Shown here: positions 34,921 to 47,102 of the stretch, piece after piece
How positions within the stretch are numbered: position 1 is the first letter of the stretch
Layout: each line of letters opens with the position of its first letter
Assembly: GCA_001655205.1 (NCBI GenBank)
Contig: LPNZ01003549.1
Location: 1 to 64,000, forward strand
Length of the DNA: 64,000 nucleotides
From: Lenisia limosa
Taxonomy: Eukaryota > Protista > Breviatea
Direction: 5' to 3'
Notes under the pieces: generated by a model
The model's input: only the letters and a program-made list of their open reading frames with translations
Databases searched by the model: none
Told to the model about the DNA's origin: nothing
Translations under genes and position numbers: made by a program

Positions 34921-37900
34921 ATGTCACAGGTATGCGTGCTAATGCTGACATGTATAGGTTAAGCGGCATGTTGAGTACCGAGTTGAGCCTAATGGTGTTG
35001 CTGTTGCCACGTTGACCAGCCCCACCAATTGCATTGGTTTGCCAGCTACGTGATTTCTCATTTCTACAAAAATTTTATTGACTTGAGCCTCTTGAATCAC
35101 TCCTCACTGTATCAAAATATCAAAATAGCGTTTTTGTAAGAAATTCAATGAGTGAAATAGTGATGAATATGTAGGTGAGCAAGTGGTCGATGAAATGTTT
35201 GAGGCTGTTGGGCATGTGATGAGTGATCCAAAGGTAAAGGGCCTTGTCGTAACAGGAGGCGGAAAGTTGTTTTCAACTGGAGCCAATTTGGCCCTCATCC
35301 ACAAGTATCAAGTTGAAGGTTCGCCATTTTGGTTTGACACTCAGACGAACCCATGGCTCCTTTCTTGAAGACTTTGGCAGACATGTTATCACGACTGGAA
35401 AGTGGACCAAAACCCACTGTAGCCTTGGTGACAGGATATTGTCTTGGAGGAGGTCTTGAGCTTGCTCTTTCTTGCAACCATTTGATCATTGGTGGGAAGG
35501 CAACACTTGGTCTTCCGGAAGTCACCCACGGTTTCCTTCCCGCAGCTGGAGGTTTGCTTTATTTGGCCTTAACTTTCAGGATGTGTCAGACTTCCTCGTG
35601 TTATTTGTCCCCTTATCGCATCAAAATACATTATGGTATGTCTTTTTGAAACTAATTTCCAGAATGCAACGCTGATTAATGAAAAAAAAGCGGAAATGCT
35701 CGGACTTGCTCACACAGTTGTTCCATCCTTTCAAGAGGCCATGGGTACGCTAGTCTCAAGTTGACTGTTAAGCTGTTGCATCAAATACCGTCATTGCCAT
35801 GGCTGAAAATCGACTTGTCCGAAGAATGCCGTGTAGTCATCCTACAATGAATAAAGAAGACTTCCAAAAGGTGAGTCAATGTATATGCGTCTGATTGTCC
35901 AGATCAAATCAGCAGTTACGGCTCCAAAACGCATCAAACATGCCTCCTCCGTTATGGATGTCATTGAAGTTGGATTGACAAAGGGGTGAGTCCCCCGTGA
36001 TTTAATATCCAAGCCCTATTGAAGGATTGCATGCCGAGAGAACCGCGTTTGATGTTTTGTGTCACGATCCCAAGTCAAAAGCAAAGCTGCATGTCTTTAT
36101 GTCACAAAAAATGGCTGGAAAGTCTTCCAACTTGCCAGGACCTGCCAAGATTCAATCCGTTGGTGTTATTGGTAAGGCATGCCAAAGTAACATTTGAGGT
36201 GGTGGTCTCATGGGTGCGGGGATTGCTTCAGCCTCTCTTATTAAGGGGTACAAGGTAAGCTTTGCTCTATTACCAATGTCACAATCGCAATTACACTCAG
36301 GTGATGATCAAAGAGATTTCAGCCAAATTTGCCAATGCTGCCGGTTAGTTGGTGCTGACTCCTCAATTTGTAGCTCTTCGTGTTAAAGCCTTCCTATCAT
36401 CTGCTGTCAAGGCCAAACGTCTCCCTCAACAAGCCATGTGTTTGTCAAACATTATCTCACCATTCAGTTAAGGTACTTGGCAACCTAAAAGTGACCACGA
36501 ATCTCAATGATCTGAGGCAAATGGACATTGTCATTGAAGCAGCTACTGAGCGACTGGATATTAAACAAAAACTCTTTGTTGATTTAGAAAAAACAGTTGC
36601 GTTATCATGTATTTTGGTCACGAACACAAGCACTCTCACTCTCAATACTGTTGGTGAAAGTTGGCTAAATGACACTTTCAGATTTCAAAGAACATGATGA
36701 AACCCGATCGTCTCAATGGTTTGCCACATAGTCATTAATCCTCAGGCATGCACTTCTTCAACCCGGTCCTTCTTATGCCTTTGGTGGAAGTTGTTCATCA
36801 CAAGAACACTTCACCTTCAGACTTAACATCTATCATTGGTGCGGTTCCATGGTCACTGACAGAATAGGTTTCACAAGAAAACTCGGAAAAACTCCAATTT
36901 TGGCCAAAAGCTGCACCGGATTTGCAGTCAATCGAATGTTTGGTTAGAGGCGGGGGGTTTAGCTCCACATCATTCGAATGAATGACAGTTGTTTTTACCT
37001 GGCATTTAGGTCCGTTTTTTATGGCGGCCATGGCTGCTGTTTATGCAGGTGCCCAGCCTAAAGATGTTGACGGTGTGTAATAACATTTTCATGACAGGTT
37101 TTATCTTACATTGTAATATTATGATGCTATGATCCAACCTTGGTTGATATACTTGGAATATAAAGTCAGAATTAGTTGTATTAGTTTGAGTCGCGGTAGT
37201 TCTGACTTTTCAGCCGCATTGGAGTCCTTTGGAATGGCAATGGGTCCCTTCAAAACTGCAGACTTGGTCGGAATAGACACCTTTGCTGCTGTACAGAGGT
37301 AATCAAACCAACACAAGTCATAGACAAATTCATGATGCATACCCTGACCGCTCTATCACCATCCCTTTAGACAAATTCATGACGCGTACCCTGACCGCTC
37401 TATCACCATCCCTCTGCTTGAAGACCTTGTCAAAGCAAGAAATCTCGGACAAAAAACTGGTATGCTAGGTAATATGATAACATACATGCAGGAAAGGGAT
37501 TCTACCAGTATGAAAGAGGAAGTCGCCGTACACATCCGCGCACTGATTTGGATGGCATCTTGGAGGTTTCAAGATTAAAGACGGGGTATGAAATTTCAGC
37601 ACACCTGACTGTTCAGTCTCGGAATTGAAATGTCCCAAAAGAGCGTTGTACCCAAAGATCCCAAACAGGTGAGATCAGGAAATAGTCTAACTATCCCATT
37701 AGCTTGCTGAGTCTCTGGTATCCTTCCTAGTGTGTGAGTGTTGTCGAGTTATGAGTGAACAAGTTGCAACGGCAGGTGACATCGACTTTGCGGCTGTGGC
37801 TGGAATGGGATTCCCGGCAACCAAGTATGTTCAGTTATAGGCTGACATTCAGGGGCGGACCATTATGGTGGGCTGACCAAATCGGCATTGACAGAGTCAT

Positions 37901-37993
37901 TGCCAATGTTGTAGCCTTGGCTCCTCTGTGTCCCAAACTGTTCCAAGTACCCGACTGCATGTTGAAGCATAGTAAACTCAGCATCAAATTGAG
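34921..37993 (+). other. MFP portion (crotonase/ECH + HACD domains; plant AIM1/MFP2- or FadB-like)
   Basis: [37 protein letters not shown] (both catalytic Glu); [75 protein letters not shown]. Confidence 0.95.
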
Positions 37994-39638
37994 GTTTGTA
38001 GAAAACGCATTTGTGACTTTTCAGTCCCCCAATTCTACAAACTGACGAATACGAAGCCTACACCACCCCTCTTTCAGGTGAGATGCCGCAACATCTGATA
38101 TTCCCAGGGCCCGCCTTCCAGTCACAAAGAGAAGACGATATTGTCGTTGTGTCATTTGCTCGAACTGCGGTAACAAAAGCGAAGCGCGGAAGTTTCAACA
38201 ACACACACCCTGCTGAAATGGTTGGAATTCCCCGACATTACCCTCCAGATGTACACCGTAATCAAAAGCACAATGGACCAATGTCCAAACCTGGCTCCCG
38301 GGGGCGTTGGTGACGTCATCTGCGGTACGGACTTGAGATACTGACATTTAGGCCGTGTTCTTGGGCTTGGTGACGTTGAGGCCACATACTGCCGCATGGC
38401 TGCACTTCAAGCCGGGGTGCCATACTCCGTTCCACTTCGCCTCACAAACCGTCTGTGCTCCTCCGGCCTGCAAGCGGTTGCCGACGTGGCCCAGGGCATT
38501 CGGACCGGAATGTACGACGTTGGCCTTGCCGTCGGCTTCGAGTCCATGACAAGACATCATTTGGCTGGAGGTGAGCCCGCTCTTCTGTCATTGGTTCAGA
38601 TGGTGATATTGAGAAATGGTCCCGAGCAGAGGGAGACGCGAGTGACTGCTTTATGAATATGGGGATGACAAGTGACAATGTTGCAAGAGACTATCATGTG
38701 ACTCGAAATGAACAAGTAATGAGGGATGAGTGGCTTATGCCTTCTAGGACGAATTTGCTGCTGAGTCCCATAGCAAGGCCAACCAAGCTTCTTCCCTCAG
38801 ACACAGTAAGTCTTAATAAATCTTATCACTTCAGCCGAAATTACACCATTGCAAACTACAGCATTCATGAAAAAGTCAAGGAAGGGCGAGGCAAAACTGG
38901 TAGAAATCCTCTTATGTGACTTTTCAGGAGACCGTAACGGTGAGCAAAGACGAAGGCGTCCGATCCTCTTCCACCGTCGACAGCTTAGCAAAGCTTCGTC
39001 CTGTGTTTTCCAAGAACGGGACCACCACACCTGGCAATGCGTCTCAGCTCAGCGGTTTGCCAATGTGTCCTGACAGTGTAGATGGAGCAGCAGCCATCCT
39101 CCTTATGACTCGCGCTAAAGCAAGGCAGTTTGGTGTCAAGCCAAGAGCCGTGTTCAGGTCCGCTCATGAAAACACTGATCTTTCAGATCGTTCAGTGTTG
39201 CCGGGGTACCGCCTGCAACAATGGGAATGGGCCCGGCCGCGGCCATCCCTTTGGCCCTCAAGGCTGCTAATGTTGGTGCCGGCCATGACGTCACTATGTA
39301 GCTTGACAAGAGTGACGTCGACATTTGGGAGGTCAATGAAGCTTTTGCAAGTCAGGCCAAATGCTGTCTCGATATGCTTGGTGTTGACCCAAAGAAGTGA
39401 GACCTTCGAAGCGTTAACGTTTTAGAGCCAATCTAAGAGGAGGAGCGATCGCCCTAGGGCATCCCCTTGGAATGACAGGCGCGCGAATGACGATTACGGC
39501 CCTTGACCAGTTGAGAGTGGCAAAGGCAAAAACGGCGGTGGTATCAATGTGCATTGGAACGGGAATGGGTAGGTGAGGGCTTTGGTTAATGTTGTAGGTG
39601 CTGCTGCTGTGTACGAAAGAGACTCAACCTGCTTATAA
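34921..39638 (+). CDS. Predicted single-chain trifunctional beta-oxidation enzyme: enoyl-CoA hydratase + L-3-hydroxyacyl-CoA dehydrogenase + 3-ketoacyl-CoA thiolase
   Basis: MFP frame continues through introns 37994-38024 and 38078-38107 in-frame into the thiolase (…[37 protein letters not shown]…); single stop TAA 39636-39638. Confidence 0.8.
37321..37414 (+). repeat. 47-bp tandem duplication of a 3' splice site plus exon start
   Basis: tagacaaattcatga(t/c)gc(a/g)taccctgaccgctctatcaccatccct x2. Confidence 0.9.
38108..39638 (+). other. Thiolase portion (peroxisomal/FadA-type 3-ketoacyl-CoA thiolase)
   Basis: [30 protein letters not shown] (catalytic Cys), [77 protein letters not shown]. Confidence 0.95.
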
Positions 39639-40002
39639 GCTCTATTCAACTTCCTTAATTCTTTATTTGTTTTTATTATCTGCAATGCAACCATCACAAG
39701 AAAAATAAAAGAGAATAAATAAAATCAGTAAACAAAGTATATGACTGTCCATAAGCGTTATGATTAGGAAACACTCCTCCTCACACGCGGACCTTTCAAA
39801 GTTGTTTGTGTCTAAAATGTTATTGAGATACCCAAATAATATCGTCACCAACCGGTTTCTTTTCAGCAGGCGTTTTGGTTACTCGTTTCGGTTTCGGACT
39901 AGTGGGGCCTTCTGTCTTCTTTACTCTGCAAAATAATCAAAATAATTTAAAACCAAGGTTACTCCCTGGTTGAAGACAAGACCAAATTGTTGACCGAACC
40001 CC

Positions 40003-43000
40003 TTACGAAGCCCTTGTGATTCTTGGCCTTGGCATGCTGGAAGTGGTAATAGGCACCTTGTTAGAATCCAACGGTGCAACTGCGGTGCTGGACGCAGACT
40101 TTTGGCCTGGTTTAGGTCTCCGAGCCGCGACAGCCACACGATTACTAGACGGCGATGGCGCCAAAGGAGCTGGAGGCGGCCTGCCGCGCGCAAGAAGAAG
40201 CCCGCTGCTACCACGCATTGCAGCGCGTCTGCTGACCCTTGAAGAGACTGCTGGCGGTGGCGGCGGCTGCGCTTTTGTTTGACTTGCAAGGGCCCGCACT
40301 AGAGGAATCTCCTTCTCCTCCTCCTTTATCTTTGGCTTCGTGACCGAGCTTGAGCGTTTGCGTCGAGGTGTGGCGTGAGGAGTGGATTTTGGTGTAGATT
40401 TTGGCGTGGATTTTGGTGTAGATTTTGGTGTGGTCTTTGCTGGGGTCTTTGCCGAGGTGCTTGACGTTCTCTTGCGGCGCTTCCTTCTTGAAGACGAGGA
40501 TGGTGACAGCGGCTCAGACGGCTCCGTAATAATATCGGGGGACACCTCGGGGGACGGAAGGGGGGGATTGAATAGGCTCATCAAGGAGGATGGCACAACG
40601 GCACGGCTTGCGAAGGGCGGTGTGAACTCCACTTCCTCGGCATCTTGGGGCTGCAGATCGCTTAGATCGAGGGGAGTGGCTGGAATGGACCGCTCAGGCG
40701 TGGGCAGTAAGTCATTATCACTGAACAGTCCAAGTTCATCGCAATCATAACGATCGAAGAGGACAGAGGTGGCAGCCGGGGTAGCAATGGGCTGGAACAA
40801 CGCCTCGGGTTGTCGCGGCGGCACGGCGTCTTTTTGTGGAGTAGGTTGCATTGGAGGTTTACGTGGAGTCTGAGGAGAAACGCTCTTTAGACTCCGAGGG
40901 GAAGACACTGGTGTGAGACAGCATAAGCGAGGCGACTGGAGGGGCTGGCGGGGGGATGGTAGGGATTGTCTTGGTGACGATTGCGGCGAGGTCAAGGATT
41001 GCGACCGTGCGAATGGAGCAACAGTGGGACCGGATTTCGGCCCAGGGAAAAGCGTTTTCACCGGCGTTTTGACAGGAGTCTGTGCGATGTAGGGAGGGAG
41101 CGAGCCAGCGGAGGAGAAATGCTCCTTCAAGTCAGGAGAGCTGAGGGGAGACAGCTCGGGCGAAGAAATCAACGTCACTTCCTCGGGTGAGAGGATTGAA
41201 CTGAAGTCAACCGCCTTATTGGGTACGGTGGCATAGAGGCTACTCGGTCGAGGCAAGGCCGGCCGCGGACCTGGCGACGCCACGCCATGGTACGACAAAC
41301 TCCGGCGGCGGCTGACATTATGTCGTCTTGTTGGCGTGTCGAGGGGCGACGTGGTTGCCAATGGGCTGACAAGGGTTTGGGGGGAGAATGTCGGAAGGTC
41401 AGAAGGCGGCTGGAAGGTACGCGGCGATAGTTGCGGTCGCGGCGAGCTGAGTCTGCGGACTCGTGGGGACGGCTCTTCCTCGGCCTCCTCGGGTACTGCT
41501 AAGTTAGAACCAAGCGGAGCACAATGGAAATAGAGTGGATCCGAGAAATTAAGTGATTATTAATGAAGTGAAGAGAATAACGGATAAATGGACGAAAAAA
41601 ATCCGGATCCAAATATCTTGCCCTCTTAAAATAGCCTCTACAATAGTAATGCAGCTGGTTTATGGTATGCAATGAGGCTTACTTGGAGGGGTGGATTCAC
41701 GGAGATTCTCAACCTGCTGGATTCTCTTCGCAGTTGGAGCAATTTTTGGATCAGACAATAAGGCAGCAGTTTGGTAGTTTGCCTGGATGTGCTGAAGGCT
41801 CATTGATGATGATGTTGATGTTCGTAGTGTTCCTCTGAAGTCACTGGCGGCCTTTTTGCCTGCCCAACCTGTCAAATGATAACCTATATCAGTAAGATAA
41901 AGCAAAAGCAGTAAACTCTTCAAACAATGTCACATGGGTCCAAACTTACGAGACAATGCACCTGGTAGCTCTCCAAGATCGGCAAACTCAAAGTAAAATG
42001 CTGTGCGCCCAGACTACAGAGTCAAAAGAGGACCCATCAATTGGAGTCAAAAGAAGGCCCATCAAGTGACTCGCAGTACCCAACAAAATCTGATTGAAAG
42101 CTCACGTAGTAGGTGTAGAGGTTGGTGAAGATTTCAAGACTATCAGCCTCCTCAGCCACTGCAGCGGAATCGTCGACTGCCTGACCCCACATCTGTGTCG
42201 TGACAGTATGTTGCGGACTTACAATGTAAGCTGGTCTGTTTGGGATACCAATGACCCCAGCCGCTGCCGTTCCGGATGCTACTCCAAAGGAAACGGACAC
42301 TTTCGAAATTTCGTCAACCTAAGCGAAGTGAGACCTTCGTCGTCCCACCTTTGCTGCTGTAATGGTGTCCTTCAGAGTGTCCCGGGCGTCCAAACTGAAT
42401 GCACAAACTAGAGTGTTACAGAAGGGAGAAACAGCAAACGTTGGGCAGCATGGTCATTCTCTGCACCAGGTAAGCCTCCAACAACTCGGTATGTTCCTTC
42501 GTAGGGTGCAAGCTAAAGAGTCACACGCCAACGTCTAAGCAAACCTTATGCAAAGACGGGTACTCCTTGAGGGGATTGTCAAGAGAAGAGTAGATGTGGT
42601 TCAAGAGCAGGGTGATCATTTCAGGATTTAGGACCTAGAATCAGTCAAAACCCCAAAAATGTAATAATACCATTGAAAGTTCAGGGTAGTTCCGAATTGT
42701 GCATGACATAACGGCAACGGTAGTCAGTCTGTCCAATGGGGGGGATGTTGCTCTGAAAGGTCACTTATTCGGTTACCTTACTCTTCGTCAGTCATGAGGT
42801 GGTTGATCAAAGGAGGTACAGAGTGAAGTGGTAGCATCGATTCCAAAACTTCGCGTGAACGCAACGACGCTTTATTACGCGCAAGCTAAAAGTGTTATTG
42901 TTTAATTTCCAAACCATTAAAAGGAAAGACTTCCTCCATCGCCTCTCTGACGTATACCCGACAACCAGTCCAACTAGAAACGAACCTGCAGAGCGTTAGC

Positions 43001-46000
43001 GGAAGGGGGGAAGCAAAAACAAAAAAAGACAAATCAACTCTATTGCCCAAAGATTTGACACACACGGGGGTTGAAAAAACCCCCCAAACAAATCCCAGTC
43101 CTGCAATAACAGGTCTTTCATCATTGGGTAAACAAGGAAAAACTTCAATGATAATTATGTAATGTATGTGCGTAAAACTATATAACTTGAACCAAATAAT
43201 CTAAATTTTGAAACAAAGCAAATGACAAAAACAAATAATTACGAGAATTAATTGTTATATGCAGAATAACAGTGGGGGGGGGGGGGGNNNNNNNNNNNNN
43301 NNNNNNNNNNNNNNNNNNNNNNNNNNNNNNNNNNNNNNNNNNNNNNNNNNNNNNNNNNNNNNNNACGACGACGATGAAAACAGAAGGGCTACAAACGACA
43401 CAAAATGTGATGCAAGAAATCCACCAAACGTCCACTAAAAGGATGAGATAAACTTTAAACCAACATTGAACGGAGTGCGGCCCATTGAAAAAAGCAACGG
43501 CTGTGCGAGGGATACCTGGCGGCAATGAGAACAAGGAGGTGCGGTGAATGAACATATTAATTGTATAATATATCATATCATATATTATTACTATATAGGT
43601 ACTATATGATATACTATATATCATATACGATATATAGCTTTTAGAATGGTGAACTGTTACACCGACTCCTTATATCATAACATATGATGTGGGTACAAGT
43701 ATACTATATGAAGATATATATGATATAGACATTATTTCCAACCGAGACTCCTAGTCAATCATCACTACTCCAACATACAGCGGAAGCGAGGAATTCCGTT
43801 TGGTCAGGGTAATGTGCTAAATTAAAGACAAACTCAGCAGTGAGAGTACCAATAAGGCATGTTGTCAAGATCGGACCCACAATCTAACGCATTAGGCAAA
43901 AGAGCTCATCGACCAACATTGTATTTGGAGAGTAATTTGTTGGAGTGGATCAAGCCAGCCCAAATGACAAAGATAGTAACCTGGATAGCCTAAAGGGTTT
44001 AATCGCAAATTGCTGCGAATGCTTACTGCCATGACAAGAATGAAGAATGCCCTTCCTTGTTCCAGCAAAATCATGAATTGTGCACTAGAAAGTGAGTTGG
44101 TAGTTGAGTAAATTTAAAGTCATGACGGCGTACCAACTCGCCGCTATCATGATGGGAAGAACAATTTTCAGAACTCTTCTGTTGCCTTTAGCGTAGTGAG
44201 AGAAAAACGGGGCCTCCAGTCTGAAAAGTGAGAACAAAGGAAGTCCCCACCCAGTTTGCGAGAACGCTAGTGGAAACGTTGAAATGAGTGGAAGAGAATT
44301 TGACGACTCGGGTGCCATGTTACCGCTTGTCAAAATAACGGCCGACGCTGTATAGTCAAAAAGAAGTCAAGGCTTACATCCGAGGGTGGATGGGGTGATA
44401 GTGCACTGTGGGTCCAAGACACGCAAGTCTTCAAGGGGAAAACAGGGATTCTCTGAACGCATTGATATATCCAAACTACTCAATTAGTAAACACGGATAT
44501 GGAATACCCATCTTCGTCCGAAGACGACACGACGTCAAAATCGCTTTCGTTGGGGTCAGACAGACATGAATCAGACACCACTTGCTCATTGCCGCGTTTG
44601 GGTACCGGCGGTGCTCGTGCCACTATCTCAGCTGCATCTACNNNNNNNNNNNNNNNNNNNNNNNNNNNNNNNNNNNNNNNNNNNNNNNNNNNNNNNNNNN
44701 NNNNNNNNNNNNNNNNNNNNNNNNNNNNNNNNNNNNNNNNNNNNNNNNNNNNNAAAGCTTCGACCGTTGATATGACTGAAGGGGACACAATAACAGATCC
44801 TGGGATACTACAATGTCAAATAAAGGAAGCACAAACCAAAAGTCAATCAGAGAATTTGCTAAATGAAGAGTTGAGCCGTAAACGCCAAACTGGAGACTCA
44901 CCTGCCCAGTTAATCTTCCAGTGAAAAATGTGTGACATTGTTTGCAGTGTGTATTGAACTAGGTACATAATTACATACCATATGCATATATCATATGTAG
45001 TGTAGTCTCGCTTAAATAATAAATAGCTACTAAAAAAACAGTTTGTCATAGATTAATATAATAAGAGATATTAAGTTGCTACAAATAAAACAATATAATA
45101 AGAGATATTAAGTTGCTACAAATAAAACAATAATATCTAGAACAATCGTTACTTATAAATATCTAGTACAATAGCTACTTATAAATATCTACTATATGGA
45201 TGGTACAATAGCTACTTATAAATATATATGGATGGTACAATAGATACTTATAAATATGCATATATATAGATGGTACAATAGTATACTTTATAATATTTTT
45301 GTTAATAAACCTCCAACTTGGCCAATAACTCCTGCCTGAAGGGGTCCGGTGTGAACCGCTATGCGACAAGCCTCAACATGACTAGAATCCTTCACCAAAG
45401 CCTGAAGGTTCTGGGCAAGGCGAAGACCTATTGCATGAATATTGTTGGGTTCCAACCATAAACCGCATGTGTGGACATCCTGCTCGGGCAGCCTGCTGTT
45501 GCAATGTACATCTGGTCCAAAGCAAGGACTAAAGTATTACGATTGCGCTTACATGTTCGTACAAACCAGGATGGCATGAAAGATGCTCTGCAGCTTCATC
45601 AAAAGCAGCATACAATGAATTGAGTGAGTTCAGCTAAACGGTGAAAAACACTCCAGAATAGCAGCATACTCTGCTCTGGTCGTCCAATTTCCTCGAAAAC
45701 TGTACATTGCAGATGATGACTGTTGCCTTTGGAGTCAAATGATGAAAATATAAAAGAATGCAATGACATGAACTCACCAAAGGGTAATACTCGGAAACAC
45801 TCAATCCATCTTTTAGATGACCAGCCAAGTGTGGCGGTATGAGGTTCGAAATCACTGTGTCAATGTGTTTTTTACTGAGAGCGACCTGCGAGTAAGTTCA
45901 CTAACACAAAGACCACAGTACTCTTTTCTCATTGTGGAAAATCTTTAAGGATTGCTGGGTTTTCCGTTTATAGTAAATTGTTCCAATGACAACACAGAGG

Positions 46001-47102
46001 CCTTTATATCAGTAAATTTGGAATGGCAAAGCCTACCAAGCATAACAAACGCAAAGAGCGCCTTTGAAATATCCTCTGGTTTGTGGTTAAGAAAACCAAA
46101 CTAAATTGTGATTTCTGTCCCAAGAGCTGGATGTACCAATGTAGTCCCTCCCCCCAACAATGAAAAAAAAGGAGGTGTCCACAATCACGAAGACGATAGC
46201 ACTGATGAAAGTATTTCCTGAAAAACCGAAACTGAGAATGACAAGAGCCATCAGAGTTCCAATGCTAATTTCGCTCCAGTAGCCAGACTTTGATTGGCTG
46301 GGCAATGAGACCAAAAACAGCCAACCTGAACATCAAAGTGGCAACCATGCCACGCAAACACCACATGGTTCCGACAGCCACTTGCCGCGGCCGTAGCCTC
46401 GCGATATAGGCTGACAGGAAGTTGCACACCACAATCGCCAGGAAAAGAAGGCGAAGGTACACCATGGGGTCTGAACAGTGATCATTAGAAACACTCCTAC
46501 TGGTTACGGGTTCATCCGACATCAGTGCGTGAATAAAAGATACACCCAGCACTGCCAAATAGAAACTAGCTTGAGCTAAAGAAGACACCTGATGGGGAGG
46601 GGGGCGTTAACAAAATACACTCATTACAAATGAGCATAACAAACATGTGTACCATTAGGAGGCGAAAATAGGAACCCAAAATGTTAATTTGCGAATACGA
46701 GAAGCACGAACCTTATTTTCGAAGATTCTTGAAGACACAATGAGCTTGGCGGCCTCCTGTGCCCATGCGCTCGCAGCAAGCCCGGCCTTCCAGTCCTTCT
46801 CATCACTCGTGTTGTCCAATTGCAATGGACTTGCCTTCATATCATTCAAGATGGGTGAGCCTATATATCATTATAACCGGACTGAGCCAACCAGTTCTTG
46901 CCGAGGTTGGAGCTGCAGAGGCGCGAAGACTGACCCGCATTGTCCCTTGCTTCTTGAGAGGGCCTTTTTCATTGTCTTCAATACCTATAGGTTTTGAAAA
47001 CTCTGTCGGGACCACAAGAGTGACAGCTTTGGCAAGCGTCCGGAAGGATATCCGCGGTTTCACTGCGGATGAAACATGCTCAACTGCTTCGTCAACTGCC
47101 AT
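40003..47102 (-). CDS. Transmembrane class III nucleotide-cyclase-like protein (TM-C1-TM-C2) with a ~500-aa Ser/Thr/Pro/basic C-terminal tail; catalytic residues degenerate
   Basis: TM exons 46090-46590 and 43000-44330. C1: SNLIPPHLA...VIICNV...LNSLYAAFD...LDQMYIATAGCP...HA...RIAVHTGPLQAGVIG...QFGVYGSTLHLANS. C2: ESMLPLH...VAVMSCTI...LLNHIYSSLD...GTYRVVGGLP..DHA...FGVASGTAAAGVIG...MWGQAVDD. Phase-1 splice (GTAAGC donor ~41680; ttctaacttag acceptor ~41500) joins it to ORF 40003-41361. Confidence 0.8.
45050..45295. repeat. Intronic tandem array (2 x 37 bp, then ~5 degenerate copies of ggtacaatagctacttataaatat)
   Basis: Direct repeats visible in the cyclase-gene intron. Confidence 0.85.

Noticed and set aside
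37968-37993. Internal SKL as a fossil PTS1 at the MFP-thiolase junction
   Set aside because: It falls within the last helix region of the HACD domain rather than at the ancestral C-terminus; a tripeptide match is easily coincidental
40016-41190. Plus-strand ORFs opposite the S/P-rich tail, and the many other 60-150 aa ORFs in the track
   Set aside because: Antisense shadows of GC-rich coding exons or AT-rich noise; no splice or motif support
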